In this document: positions 49,290 through 61,230 of the stretch, piece after piece
How positions within the stretch are numbered: the stretch's first letter is position 1
Layout: every line of letters starts with the position of its first letter
Assembly: GCA_002269645.1 (NCBI GenBank)
Contig: NIVC01000689.1
Span: 1 to 64,000, forward strand
Direction: 5' to 3'
Length of the DNA: 64,000 nucleotides
From: Macrostomum lignano
Lineage: Eukaryota
Translations under genes and position numbers: made by a program
Notes under the pieces: model-generated
Told to the model about the DNA's origin: nothing
Seen by the model: only the letters and a program-made list of their open reading frames with translations
Databases searched by the model: none

Positions 49290-51260
49290 GAAGGGGAGAG
49301 GAAAGAGGAGAGAAGAGAGAGGAGATGGGAGATGAGGGGAGAGAAGAGAGAGGAGAGAAGAGAAAGAAGATGGGAGATGAGGGGAGAGAGGAAATAGGAG
49401 AGAAGGGAGAGGAGATGGGGGATGAGGGGAGAGAGGAAATAGGAGAGAAGGGAGAGGAGATGGGGGATGAGGGGAGAGAGGAAAGAGGAGAGAAGGGAGA
49501 GGAGATGGGAGATGAGGGGAGAGAGGAAATAGGAGAGAAGGGAGAGGAGAAAGGAGAGAGGAGAGAGGAGAGAAGAGAGAGGAGAAAGGAGAGAGGAGAG
49601 AAGAGAGAGGAGAGAGAGGAGATGGGGGATGAGGGGAGAGAGGAAATAGGAGAGAAGGGAGAGGAGATGGGGGATGAGGGGAGAGAGAGAGAAGAGAGAG
49701 GATATGGGAGATGAGGGGGGAGAGGAGAGAGGAGAGAAGGGAGAGGAGAAAGGAGAGAGGAGAGAAGAGAGAGGAGAGAAGAGAGAGGAGATGGGAGATA
49801 AGGGGAGAGAGAGAAGAGAGAGGAGAGAGAGGAGATGGGAGATGAGGGGAGAGAGGAAAGAGGAGAAAAGGGAGAGGAGATGGGAGATGAGGGGAGAGAG
49901 GAAATAGGAGAGAAGGGAGAGGAGATGGGGGATGAGGGGAGAGAGAGAGAAGAGAGAGGATATGGGAGATGAGGGGGGAGAGGAGAGAGGAGAGAAGAGA
50001 GAGGAGATGGGAGATGAGGGGGGAGAGGAGAGAGGAGAGAAGAGAGAGGAGATGGGAGATGAGGGGGGAGAGGAGAGAGGAGAGAAGAGAGAGGATATGG
50101 GAGATGAGGGGAGAGAGGAAAAAGGAGAGAAGGGAGAAGAGATGGGAGATGAGGGGAGAGAGGAGAGAGAAGAGAAGGGAGAGGAGATGGGAGATGAGGG
50201 GGGAGAGAGAGAAGAGAGAGGAGATGGGAGATGAGGGGGGAGAGGAGAGAGGAGAGAAGAGAGAGGAGATGGGAGATGAGGGGGGAGAGGAGAGAGGAGA
50301 GAAGGGAGAGGAGAAAGGAGAGAGGAGAGAGGAAAGAGGAGAGAAGAGAGAGGAGAAAGGAGAGAGGAGAGAGGAGAGAGGAGAGAAGAGAGAGGAGATG
50401 GGAGATAAGGGGAGAGAGAAGAGAGAGAGGAGATAGGAGATGAGGGGCGAGAGGAAAGAGGAGAGAAGAGAGAGGAGATGGGAGATGAGGGGAGAGAGGA
50501 AAGAGGAGAGAAGAGAGAGGAGATGGGAGATGAGGGGAGAGAGGAGAGAGAAGAGAAGGAAGAGGAGATGGGAGATGAGGGGGAGAGAGAGAAGAGAGAG
50601 GAGATGGGAGATGAGGGGGGAGAGGAGAGAGGAGAGAAGAGAGAGGAGATGGGAGATGAGGGGGGAGAGGAGAGAGGAGAGAAGGGAGAGGAGAAAGGAG
50701 AGAGGAGAGAGGAGAGAGGAGAGAAGAGAGAGGAGAAAGGAGAGAGGAGAGAAGAGAGAGGAGAGAAGAGAGAGGAGATGGGAGATAAGGGGAGAGAGAG
50801 AAGAGAGAGGAGATGGGAGATGAGGGGCGAGAGGAAAGAGGAGAGAAGAGAGAGGAGATGGGAGATGAGGGGCGAGAGGAAAGAGGAGAGAAGAGAGAGG
50901 AGATGGGAGATGAGGGGAGAGAGGAAAGAGGAGAGAAGAGAGAGGAGATGGGAGATGAGGGGAGAGAGGAGAGAGGAGAGAAGAGAGAGGAGATGGGAGA
51001 TGAGGGGAGAGAGGATAGAGGAGAGAAGAGAGAGGATATGGGAGATGAGGGGAGAGAGGAGAGAGGAGAGAAGAGAGAGGAGATAGTAGATGAGGGGAGA
51101 GAGGAGAGAGGAGAGAAGGGAGAGGAGATGGGGGATGAGGGGAGAGAGAGAGAAGAGAGAGGATATCGGAGATGAGGGGGGAGAGGAGAGAGGAGAGAAG
51201 AGAGAGGAGATGGGAGATGAGGGGAGAGTGGAGAGGAGAAAAGGAAAAGAGAGATGAGAA
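49290..51260. repeat. Purine-rich (GA) complex minisatellite
   Basis: GGAGATGGGAGATGAGGGGAGAGAGGAAAGAGGAGAGAAGAGAGA-like units; source of many false ORFs. Confidence 0.97.
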
Positions 51261-52700
51261 GAGTCACAAACCCTGATCATTGCTATCGTGAAGTTTCATG
51301 GCTGGATAGAGAGGCTTCGCGGGCGGAGTTAATTCGCTGACTCCTGAAGATCTCTCAGAGATTTTTCTTCCTATATGAGATCCCCTCCCCCGATATTTAC
51401 CCCCTAAGATTTCCTAGAGATTCTCCTATCCCAGCTCCCATAGTAATTTCTCACCCTGGAGATTTCTCTCCACGTGTGGAAAATATTTGAATTTAACAGG
51501 TCGATAATTGAAATCGCAAGCTTTGTAAGGTAGACTGAGTATAGTATAGTGAAAAAACTGTTTCACTCTATAAATATATCTAGTAAAAAGGTCACTAAAC
51601 TATAAACGCACAGGTTAGCAAATGACTCAGCAGGAATAGCACACCGTCACACCCCATTCAGTTAGCATCCAGGCCCTGGGCTATCTATATATAGTGAGCA
51701 TACATGCACAGAAGCTGTAAAAATCTGCACTGCATAAAAAAGAAAGACGCGGTCAGGTCAAATTCGAACTGCTTTCATGCTTTGTTGAAGTTTTTTTATT
51801 GCCGTTAAGTTTTTGATGGAGTCTTCGCAATCCGACTCAAGCAATTTGCCATGCCGCGCCTTTGGCTTGGCGCATTCTGTCTGTATAAAACATGTGTTTA
51901 GAGAACTAAGCTATAACCCTGAGCCGCTATGCCAAGTGTTGCTAAACGGGATCCGTTGCCCGAAGTTAATTCAACAACTGAACAATGAATTAGAATGCAT
52001 CCATTGTGCAGATTTACGAGCAGCAGAAAGCAACTGAATAAAAAAGAAGCAAGAAAAGCGATAAAATTTCATTGGAACATTTTTATTCCCCGCGGTTGAA
52101 TAACTAGACAAAAGTAATTTATAGGATGCTTGAGACATTAAACTGACCCTAGATTTTTTGTGTAACTTATATTGTGTAATTTATATAGAGAGAAAATGCA
52201 CCCGCTGGCTAGGAACTCTACATGTAGAATTTATTAATAGCTCCGAATGGCAAAAGTTGAACAAATTAAAGTTACAAGTAAACTATACCCAAACAATAGC
52301 AAGGATAGAAGCCCTAAAAGTGTCGAAAAATATAGCGAATAAGATCGACAAGAAGCTCTTCTTAAATATTTTTTTTTTACATTTTGTTAGGAGTTTCCAA
52401 AGAATAAATTTTATTGATAGCTCGTACAATTAGCAGCGTGTAGAAAAACTTTACGCGATTCTACTCAAAGTAGCCCTAAAATGAAGCAGTGTTCGTCACG
52501 TACCATTCCAGTCTCAGTCGTAAATGTACATGTCTGTACAATACGCACAGATTATTTCTTCTATATTAGGGGTTAGGGTGGCATTTTTGCCTCCCTATAG
52601 TGCAGTATAGTCTACATGTATAAAGTCTCAGTTTTTAAAGAATTCTCAGATTGTTCGAATAGATATTATAAGATTTTAAGCGCTCTGCTCCGCAACTATA

Positions 52701-53786
52701 CCTTTTCAACTTCGGATTCGTCAAAAGTGAGTTCAAATTCGTCAGCGTATGCAAAACTATATAGCGCTCAAGGGGAAGAGAATGAGTGTCTATGGTAAAT
52801 TTTTAGAGAAAGTGACTTCGAATTCGTCTAAGTAAGTGAAATTCGTCAGTGCAAATACAGCCTGATCAGAAAAAGTGTTTGCTTTGTCCATGGTAAGAAA
52901 AGAAGGTGTCTATGGTAAGTTTAAGTAAGAAAGTGAGTGAAGTTTATCTGTGGAAAAGTAGCCAATTTCTTAAAATCTTCATTTCATGCTTTGCTTGTTG
53001 TCAGAGATGCCCTACATGACAACAAACAGCCAATGTAACGCACAAAGTCCCGTCAAGCCGACGACTGATTGCCTGCGTTGTCACAGCAGGAGCAGCAGGA
53101 AAATCTGCAACAAGCTTTTGCTGCATTTCTTTGAGGGTCACAGTCGGCTTCTCTTCCACATACCTCGCCAACGCCCCGAGCATCTCCTCAGAAAACTTTA
53201 GTCTCACTGCACCGCCACGCACGTTAAGATCAATCCTACCCTCATCAACATATCTCCTGATGATGTCACTGGCAGTTGTCCTCTTCATATCCAGTTCAAT
53301 TGCGAGTTGTCTCCAGTCTCGTCCTTGTTGAAAACATCGCACGAGTCTAGAGCGATCCACAGACGAAATTCTCATGTAGGGCATCTCTGACAACAATCAA
53401 AGCATGAAATGAAGATTTCAAGACATTAGGCTGCTTTTCCACAGACGAAATTCTCATGCAGGGCATCTCTGACAACAACCAAAGCATGAAATGAAGATTT
53501 CAAGAAATTGGGCTACTTTTCCACAGACGAAATTCACGATCAGCTCACTTTCTTACTTAAATTTACCATAGACAACTTATTTTCTTACCATGATGGATCA
53601 AGCAGACACTTTTCTGATCAGGCTGTATTTGTACTGACGAATTTCACTTACTTAGACGAATTCGAAGTCACTTTCTCTAAAAATTTACCATAGACTCTCA
53701 TTCTCTTCCCCTACCTTGAGCGCCATATAGTTTTGCATACGCTGACGAATTTGGACTCACTTTTGACGAATCCGAAATTGAAAAGG
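52701..53786 (-). mobile_element. Non-autonomous IS630/Tc1-mariner-type element with ~320-330-bp TIRs, flanked by TA
   Basis: TIRs 52701-53019 and 53454-53786 (CCTTTTCAA.TTCGGATTCGTCAAAAGTGAG...); TA at 52699-52700 and 53787-53788; 82-bp direct repeats at 53357/53439/53521. Confidence 0.88.
53001..53375 (-). CDS. Truncated IS630-like transposase: N-terminal HTH DNA-binding region only (124 aa)
   Basis: MRISSVDRSRLV...WRQLAIELDMKRTTASDIIRRY...RGG...KFSEE...VEEKPTVTLKEMQQKL...ISRRL; no DDE domain; stop lies in the left TIR. Confidence 0.75.
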   Translation of the reverse strand: MRISSVDRSRLVRCFQQGRDWRQLAIELDMKRTTASDIIRRYVDEGRIDLNVRGGAVRLKFSEEMLGALARYVEEKPTVTLKEMQQKLVADFPAAPAVTTQAISRRLDGTLCVTLAVCCHVGHL

Positions 53787-54003
53787 TACATTTACTGTTG
53801 TGAATCTTCATCAAATAGACAGAGCATGTTACATGTACAAACACGTAGCTAGGATTATGGCAGGACTACTCAAACACGGACGGGAAACTAGGATTTTTTA
53901 CGAGGCTGGCTGGCTTATTTTCATTAGAGCGATGCTGTGTTACTTTGTTGTCTATGGTTTTTTTCTACTGCTGCTAAAAGACCAGCCTCAGTTTGCTCAG
54001 TAT

Positions 54004-54082
54004 GGCGCCCCCATGGATGAATGAATAGAATGGATTGCTATTCTGGCTCTGGCTATTTTCGTTTCATTCATCCATGGGCGCC
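54004..54082. other. Isolated hairpin
   Basis: CCCATGGATGAATGAA (54010-54025) pairs perfectly with 54063-54078; GGCGCC at both ends. Confidence 0.6.
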
Positions 54083-55244
54083 CCTCGCATGTACGTGTAT
54101 TATGGCGCCCCTCTATGTATATTTAGGTTAAAATCCGCCCCATTATTTTATATTTCTAAATCTGTCTCTTGGGGATATGTCTTTCGGTATCCAATCCTAG
54201 ATGCACTCAAGGACTTCTTGACTAGTCTAGTCTAGTCTTCTAGTCTAGAAGTCCTTAGATGCACTACTGGGCTTCGTTGAGATACAAGATTATATTTAGG
54301 TTTAAATAAACGAACTTTTGCGGATTTGGTCATATCCTAAGCCAAACAATTGCTATTGTACCAGAAACCTACTTTTACTCTACTAAATTGTGTACTTTTT
54401 GAGAATTTTATGGCAGGTGTAAAATTTTTTTGCTTTGTAGCACTACTTTGTTTTTCTAGCGGTACACATTTAAACATAAAAAATTCATTACTTTTCTTTG
54501 TCGGCGGACGCGTCCACCATCGATCACTATTCAAACATAATTGAAGCTTGCTTATTCTGAACAGAAGCATTTATCTGTTCATATTATTTTCTTTTTTAGA
54601 AAGTTCCAAAATAATTGTTGAATTTTTAGTCGTCAAGTTTTTATTATTTCTTATCGATCTTCTATCGAATCAGTCAAGCAAATGTCCTTGACGAAGTAAG
54701 TAGTCTGTTTTTTACATTGGCCTAATTCATAATTGACAAGCCAATTCATGTTTATAGTTCAATTAAGTATATAAAATTCAGCAAATTCAGGCTTGCAATC
54801 TTGGGCTTCTATCTTTCCTTTGAAAAAAATAAAACAAAAAACAATTACCAAGTTAGGGCCTTAAAGACCTAAGTTGTTAGTAGGCCCCTAGGCAGGCCAG
54901 AGAAACATAATCGATTCAAACTGATACCAAGTATACAGTCATTTCGTTTGCCACAAAATATTTAAATAATTCCATGACCATAGTTCAGATTGTGTATTAG
55001 TGTACATTGGGTCTAATGAATGGTGGGAAGAAGTACAAGACCTTGTTTGAATGCTGGGACCTAAAAATGTGTCATTGACACATTTCCATTGTCGTGTATG
55101 CCGGGATATAGGCTGATATAAGCTGAATGAAAAAGTAGCCTTGTTTTATATTTTATTCTATTTTAAGTTTAGAATTAGGCCTAGTATTCTGCCATAGCTA
55201 TGGCTATGGCTATAGGATTGTTATAGCAAATATGGTAAAATAAG

Positions 55245-55355
55245 ACCTTTTAAACTTTGTCTGACTTGGAATATTCCAACCATTATACCAACCAACTTGT
55301 AATGCAGTTAAATTATAAGTTGGAATAATGGTTGGAATATTCTGACTCTTATTCT
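55245..55355. repeat. Inverted copy pair with 58168-58293
   Basis: ACCTTTTAAACTTTGTC..ACTTGGA.TATTCCAACCATTAT... matches the reverse complement of 58168-58293. Confidence 0.65.
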
Positions 55356-55670
55356 TACTGATTATTAAATACATTGCAAGAGTCTAAATATCATTCTGAC
55401 TATTATTCCAACTGATTATTAAATACATTACAAGAGTCCAAATATCATTCTAACTCTTAATTTAAGTCAGTGCAAGCTCTTTAAAGTGAATTACATATTT
55501 TAAACAAGTGTAGCTGTCAGAAAAGCTATATTAAGTGACAAAAAACTAAAATAAAAAACTTTTTACATAAAAATGTTCATGTTTCTAAATTTTTAAATGC
55601 TAATACTTGAATTTCTATATTAGTTTTAAATTTTTAATTTAGACTCTTGCAATGTATTTAATAATCAGTC

Positions 55671-55839
55671 CATACATGCATAACCTTATGAATCACTTGG
55701 CCATTTCTATTGGCAACACACAGATGTAAGTTGCTATTGGCTAAGAGCAGTCATGTGATTACTGTTCCATCCAATAACAACTTACATGTGTGTTGCCAAT
55801 AGAAATAGCCAGGTGAATCCCTAGGTTGCACCCAAGCAT
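55671..55839. mobile_element. Fold-back MITE, copy 1 (copy 2 at 58451-58630)
   Basis: Arms CATTTCTATTGGCAACACAC..ATGTAAG / CTTACATGTGTGTTGCCAATAGAAAT around an identical CTAAGAGCAGTCATGTGA spacer. Confidence 0.75.
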
Positions 55840-55864
55840 AAATTAATCAGGCAGAATAAGCCAT

Positions 55865-56548
55865 TAGAGCTGTCACGAGATCTCGACGAGACAAGATTCG
55901 AGACAAGATCTCAACATTTTTTCTCGTCTCAAGAAATCTCAAATTTTGTCAAGAAATTTGAGACAAGATTCAAGAATTTTTCTGATACCTTTTTTCAAAA
56001 GCTTTTAAGTGATAAGATATAAAAAAGAGAGCAAATTTTCATATAAATACAACTGTTTGTTGTAACACGCTTGATATAGCAATTTTCAAATGGTAAAATC
56101 TAGCCAATGTCAAGCAGTTATTTAACAAACGTCGTTATATACGAGTTTGCATTGCATATGCGCTCTTTTAGTTATCATTTCAGTTCTGCAGCAAGGTGTA
56201 TCATAGCAGACTTGAAGACAATCTACACAGGTCTTTTGACGAATTAGTAATAGACATAGTAGGGCCAAGGGCCTATATGCTACAAGCATTAATTCTTATA
56301 AATAAAAAGCAAAGAATTTAAACTATAATTAAGAAAGTATTCTGGAAAATCTAAAAAATATATTTTAGAATTGTATCTTATCAAGAAATTTAAGACAAGA
56401 TAAGGCAAGATAAGAGCAAGACAAGATGAAATTCTGAAATATATTTTTTAGATTTACTTTGTCTTGTCTCGTCTTGAAATTCTCGACTTATAAGCCTTTC
56501 TTGTCTCGAATCTCGTCTCGAATAAAATCTCTAATTTTGACAGCTCTA
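55865..56548. mobile_element. hAT-type MITE
   Basis: 11-bp TIR TAGAGCTGTCA/TGACAGCTCTA; perfect 8-bp TSD TAAGCCAT (55857-55864, 56549-56556); subterminal AGACAAGA/TCTTGTCT repeats. Confidence 0.88.
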
Positions 56549-56665
56549 TAAGCCATAGTCTAAAAGGTGGCCTTTATGCCAGAAAATTCATGGCATGTTT
56601 TTGCTCTCACTGACAATCTTGGCATATACTTGGTATATAGAATTTTCAGGTTTAATATGAAGTAC

Positions 56666-57808
56666 CTGGGTTTTTTGTCCAAAATCCAGTTGCCAAATGG
56701 CAACTGGAGCTCAAAATCTAGTTGCCAATTGCCATCCTCAGTTGCCAACTGGCAACTGACCTATTTCAGTGTCCCACTTTATAAAGTTTTTTTGCAACAA
56801 TTTTCACGCATTGATGAATAAATAATATGCTCAAATCAGCTCAGGCTTCAGGTTTTCAGCCAAGCCAATCTTAGCAGTAATAAAATATGATAGACTTTTT
56901 TATTATTGGGCCCATTCCGTATAAAATGGACATATTTGGAAAATAGAAAAAAGTCAATATTTTTGCTTGTCATTGCCTTATTAGCCAATTTTTTTACCAA
57001 ATCTTTTTGTATGTAATGTATACAATTTAAGAATAAATAAATGATAAAATGTTGGATTAGTATGTTATCAATTGGCAAGAGTTATTTTTGTAAAAAAAAT
57101 TAGACATTTTCGAAGCAAAAGACATCATTAAGTTTATGTACCTTTTAAAAACAAATAGAAAGCTTTAGAAGGTTAAAACAAACTATTTATAAAATTCTAG
57201 TACTTGCATCATCAGATAAAAACATTAGCAACCATATAATCTATTATATTTTTAATATATTAGTACTTTAAAGTTACTGAATTGACAGAAAAAATATGTT
57301 GCAACCATAATGTTACGACCATAAGGCTGCCTTTTCTTGTATCTTTGTTGCTTTTTTGAGTTTATATATTCTAATAAAAGAGTATTATTTCTAAAGATGT
57401 TCTTAGTCAAATTTAAAAAAAATTATTGCAAAATATCAAAAAGGAAAAATGTTATAAGACTTTTACCTTTTAGTTTCTATATGTCAAAAATCCTATTGTT
57501 ATGACCATAAGTGCCATTCAAGGTTTAATAGCATCTATACTAATGATGATATCTATATGAAACTTTATAAACATATTCTTGACAAAATAATCTTTCATTC
57601 AAAATATTGGTTTAGTATATTCTATTATTAGATTTCATTTTATAAGTAAAAATATTCTGTCATGTTATGACCATAATTATATTCAATGGCCCATTGGCAA
57701 CTGCCTTAGTTCAAGTTGGTTGTCAGATTGGCCTCTGATGCCACAAATCCAGTTGCCAATGGCTTTTTTGGGTAGCCGGTAGCTACCATATGGCCTAAAA
57801 AAACCCAG
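56666..57808. mobile_element. Probable second hAT-like non-autonomous element
   Basis: TIR CTGGGTTTTTT/AAAAAACCCAG; 8-bp flanks TGAAGTAC/TAAAGTAC (1 mismatch); subterminal GTTGCCA/TGGCAAC repeats. Confidence 0.55.
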
Positions 57809-58450
57809 TAAAGTACACACAGTTGGCATACAAAAATAGCCGAGTTCAGGGTTAATATAATTGTGTAGTAAAATATCAACCAGTATCTAAGCTCTTTTAA
57901 AATTAATTGAAAAATAGAATAAAAATATTAATTCTATTTATGAGAAAAAACAAAATTAAAACAAAGAATATCAGTTTTTAGCAAAAAACTACCATTGTAA
58001 AGTTTAGTAAAACTCTTTTATTTATATAATTTCTCTAAAAAATTGGCGTACAAGTAACTCTGGGTTCTCAGTGTAAAAGTTTCTTTAAATTTTATGTTGG
58101 CATTAAATTGAAAAAAAAAATATGAATTTTCATTCTGGTGTATGCCTACCATGATCTGGACTATGGAGAATAAGAGTTGGAATGATATTCAGACTCATGA
58201 AATGTTCTGACCATTATTCCAACTCATAATTTAACCGCAATATGAGTCAGAATAATGGTTGGAATAATCCAAGTTGGACAAAGTTTAAAAGGTATAAAAT
58301 AGGTGCCTACAGCAACTATAAATATACCTATGGTAAATAGCTACTCTTATGGCTACAACTATGGATATATAGTAAATATTGTCATATTCCATAGATTCTC
58401 ATAGCCATAGTTGTTAATTTAAAAAAATATTAAAAACAAGTTGAGTAAAA

Positions 58451-58630
58451 CATACATGGTACATGTGCAACCTTGGGATTCACCCAATCATTTCTATTGG
58501 CAACACACACACATGTAAGTTGCTATTGGCTAAGAGCAGTCATGTGACTATTATTCTATCCAATAGCACTTTACATGTGTGTGTTGCCAATAGAAATGGC
58601 CAAGTGAATCCCTAGGTTGCACCCAAGCAT
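58451..58630. mobile_element. Fold-back MITE, copy 2
   Basis: GTGCAACCTTGGGATTCAC...GTGAATCCCTAGGTTGCAC arms; same family as 55671-55839. Confidence 0.75.
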
Positions 58631-59178
58631 GGAATAAAACAAAGATACTTTAGTAAATTGTATTATAGACTTTGAAACTGAAACTATAAACTAATATTTA
58701 TAGATTATGCTTAATAAAGTACAATAAAACATTAGCAAACTCTAAATTTTAACGATGTGAAACATTTTTGCTTTAGTACTTTCAGTCTGTAAAATATTTT
58801 TATAGATTAAGTATTGTTACTCTGTAAAAAAGATGAAATATAATCTTTCAGAGGCAATCAAGTGTTTGTTTTATTTTCTACTTAAATTTACAGTTGTTTT
58901 AGCAGTAGGTTATCTTTTTGATTCAAAATATTTTGTTTCCTAGATTTTTTGTTAAAACTATGGCTATGGGAACTATGGTAATATGATAATATTAGGGTCC
59001 CTATGGCTATGGAATATGGAGAATTGGAATAAATGTTTTATATAGTTTTGAGGATGTGTGGCAACCCCCTAGTCTTTGGACTAAACAGCTATATGCAGCC
59101 TTTAAATATGCTATGCAATAGCTATAGCTAAGCTGTTGGTTGCACATCTGGCCCAATCAGGGCAGGTGTAATCTATTA

Positions 59179-59285
59179 TTGATTATCCAAAACCCAATGA
59201 GATTATCCAACACCCAATGAGATTATACAAAACCCAATGAGATTATCCAAAACCCAATGAGATTATCCAAAACCCAATGAGATTA
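59179..59285. repeat. 20-bp repeat (GATTATCCAAAACCCAATGA)n
   Basis: Direct reading, 5 units. Confidence 0.9.
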
Positions 59286-60025
59286 TCATTAATTATTTTT
59301 TATAGGTTCAAGGCATAGAAATATTGCACAGACAGATGGTATACAATTATTATACAGAGGGTGCCTAGGTGACTTATAGATTATCCCCAAAATTTATTCT
59401 AATATACATATATATTGTGCCATTTTTTCAATGATGGGTACAATCATTCCATATAGCTTAAATTAAAACATTATATATACCTTTTTGGAATAAATTCTAA
59501 AAAAACATATAGTCTTGCATTATAGGTCTAGCAAAAATGTGCCAAGGGGTCACTCTCTAAGGTTAAGGTATATAGGCCACATCAAAGGGGTCACCAAATG
59601 TGCACTGGGGCCTAGGAGGCATTGCAAGAATAAATTACCTTAAAGGACTTTGGCACTTTGCATTGGTCTGATAGTGGTAGCACACCAACAAAACAGAACA
59701 CACTAGATAACTTTGCCAACTTTCGATGTTTTGACATTTAGGCCAGCCATTCTGTGCATGGCCATTTTGACATGGATTTCAAACACTGCGCCAAGTGTTA
59801 CACTGCACTGCGCTGCACCAAGCACTGCATCACAGACCACATCATAGCATCCAAGCATCGCCTAAGTAGCAAAATTAGCAGTTTTTGGTCATTAATTTAG
59901 TTACAATGTTAAAATCAAAATTTAAAGCTGCAAAATTAAGCAGACCAATTAACAGGGTCTCTGGGACCTGAAAAGAGTAGTTTTGATATCTCTTACTCTA
60001 ATTGTCAATTGTGACATTGCATTTA

Positions 60026-60532
60026 ATGACAGCACGTCAATCAATTATTGTAAACCCAACCTTATCACACAGGTTAATCCCCAGTCCAACCCAGCGCCTA
60101 TCCGAGCGGTCAACTCCAGCAGCCGCCAATGCTGCATCGGCCGCCGACAAGCCGCTAGTTGCCGTGCAGTCCGCCGCCCCGCCCTATGGCCATCGGCGCG
60201 GTTGGACACCCCGACGACAGGAGGATTTCGGCGACGGCGGCGCCTTCCCGGAGATTCATTCGCGCCAGTACCCGCTGGGCATGGGGCAGCCGCAGTCTGC
60301 CAGCTCCGGCCCCACCCTGCCAATGACGCTGGGCGCCGATGGTCGGGTCAACTTTGACGCCGTCGTCCGTCAGGGACAACGGGCCGACAAAGTTGTGCAC
60401 AGCAAATTTAGCGACCTGCTGCCCAAACCCATCGATGAAGATGATCCCAGCTTCCAGCGACCGGATGAAGAGTCTATCAAAGATCTGACTGAGAAGACTA
60501 GGGATGCTCTCCAGCGCTTGGTTGAGTCTAAG
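60026..60532 (+). CDS. SNW1: SNW1/SKIP (Prp45) splicing factor, 5' exon; start uncertain (in-frame ATG 60026, or acceptor at 60072 with an unidentified upstream exon)
   Basis: LIPSPTQ...PPYG.R.GW.PR..EDFGDGGAFPEIH..QYPLGMG...RPDEE.IK..TEKTR; donor AAG|GTGAGG. Confidence 0.9.
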
Positions 60533-60594
60533 GTGAGGCACGAGACCGTTTCCTTTGTTAGTAAACTTGTTGGGTCAGAGGGATTAGTCTCGTG

Positions 60595-61145
60595 GATCAG
60601 CGGGTCAGGTCACCATCCCCATCTGGCTACTGTAGTGAGTCAGCGGGTCAGGTCAGGTCACCATCCTGATCTGGCTAGTGTAGTGGGTCAGTGGTCAGGT
60701 CACAATCCTTATCTGGCTAGTGTAGTGAGTCAAGTGGGTCAGGTCAGGTCATCATCCTCATCTGTCTAGTGTAGTGGGTCAGTGGGTCAGGTCACAATCC
60801 TCATCTGTCTAGTGTAGTGGGTCAGCGGGTCAGGTCAGGTCACCATCCCCATCTGGCTAGTGTTGTGGGTCAGTGGGTCAGGTCACCATCCCCATCTGGC
60901 TAGTGTTGTGGGTCAGTGGGTCAGGTCACCATCCTCATCTGGCTAGTGTAGTAAGTCAGTGGGTCAGGTCATCATCCTCATCTGGCTAGTGTAGTGAGTC
61001 AGTGGGTCAGGTCATCATCCTCATCTGGCTAGTGTAGTGAGTCAGTGGGTCAGGTCACCATCCTCATCTGGCTAGTGTTGTGGGTCAGCGGATCAGGTCA
61101 CCATCCTCATCTGGCTAGTGTTGTGGGTCAGTGGGTCAGGTCACT
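60595..61145. repeat. 43/48-bp minisatellite (GGGTCAGGTCACCATCCTCATCTGGCTAGTGTAGTGGGTCAGT)n in the SNW1 intron
   Basis: Period 43 (60961/61004). Confidence 0.95.
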
Positions 61146-61230
61146 ATCCTCACCATCCTCCCTCTCAGAAGTTTACCGCAGCCAATCCACTGTGCAATGT
61201 CCAGCACTAATTCCCCTCTCGAACCCGCAG

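Noticed and set aside
49247-51280. 666/677-aa Ser/Pro/Leu ORFs and many Glu/Arg/Gly ORFs
   Set aside because: GA-rich repeat lacking stops; no domain or splice support.
59770-59800. ATG GAT TTC... as SNW1 first exon
   Set aside because: Weak donor (AA|GTGTTA) and no similarity to SNW1 N-termini; start left unresolved.
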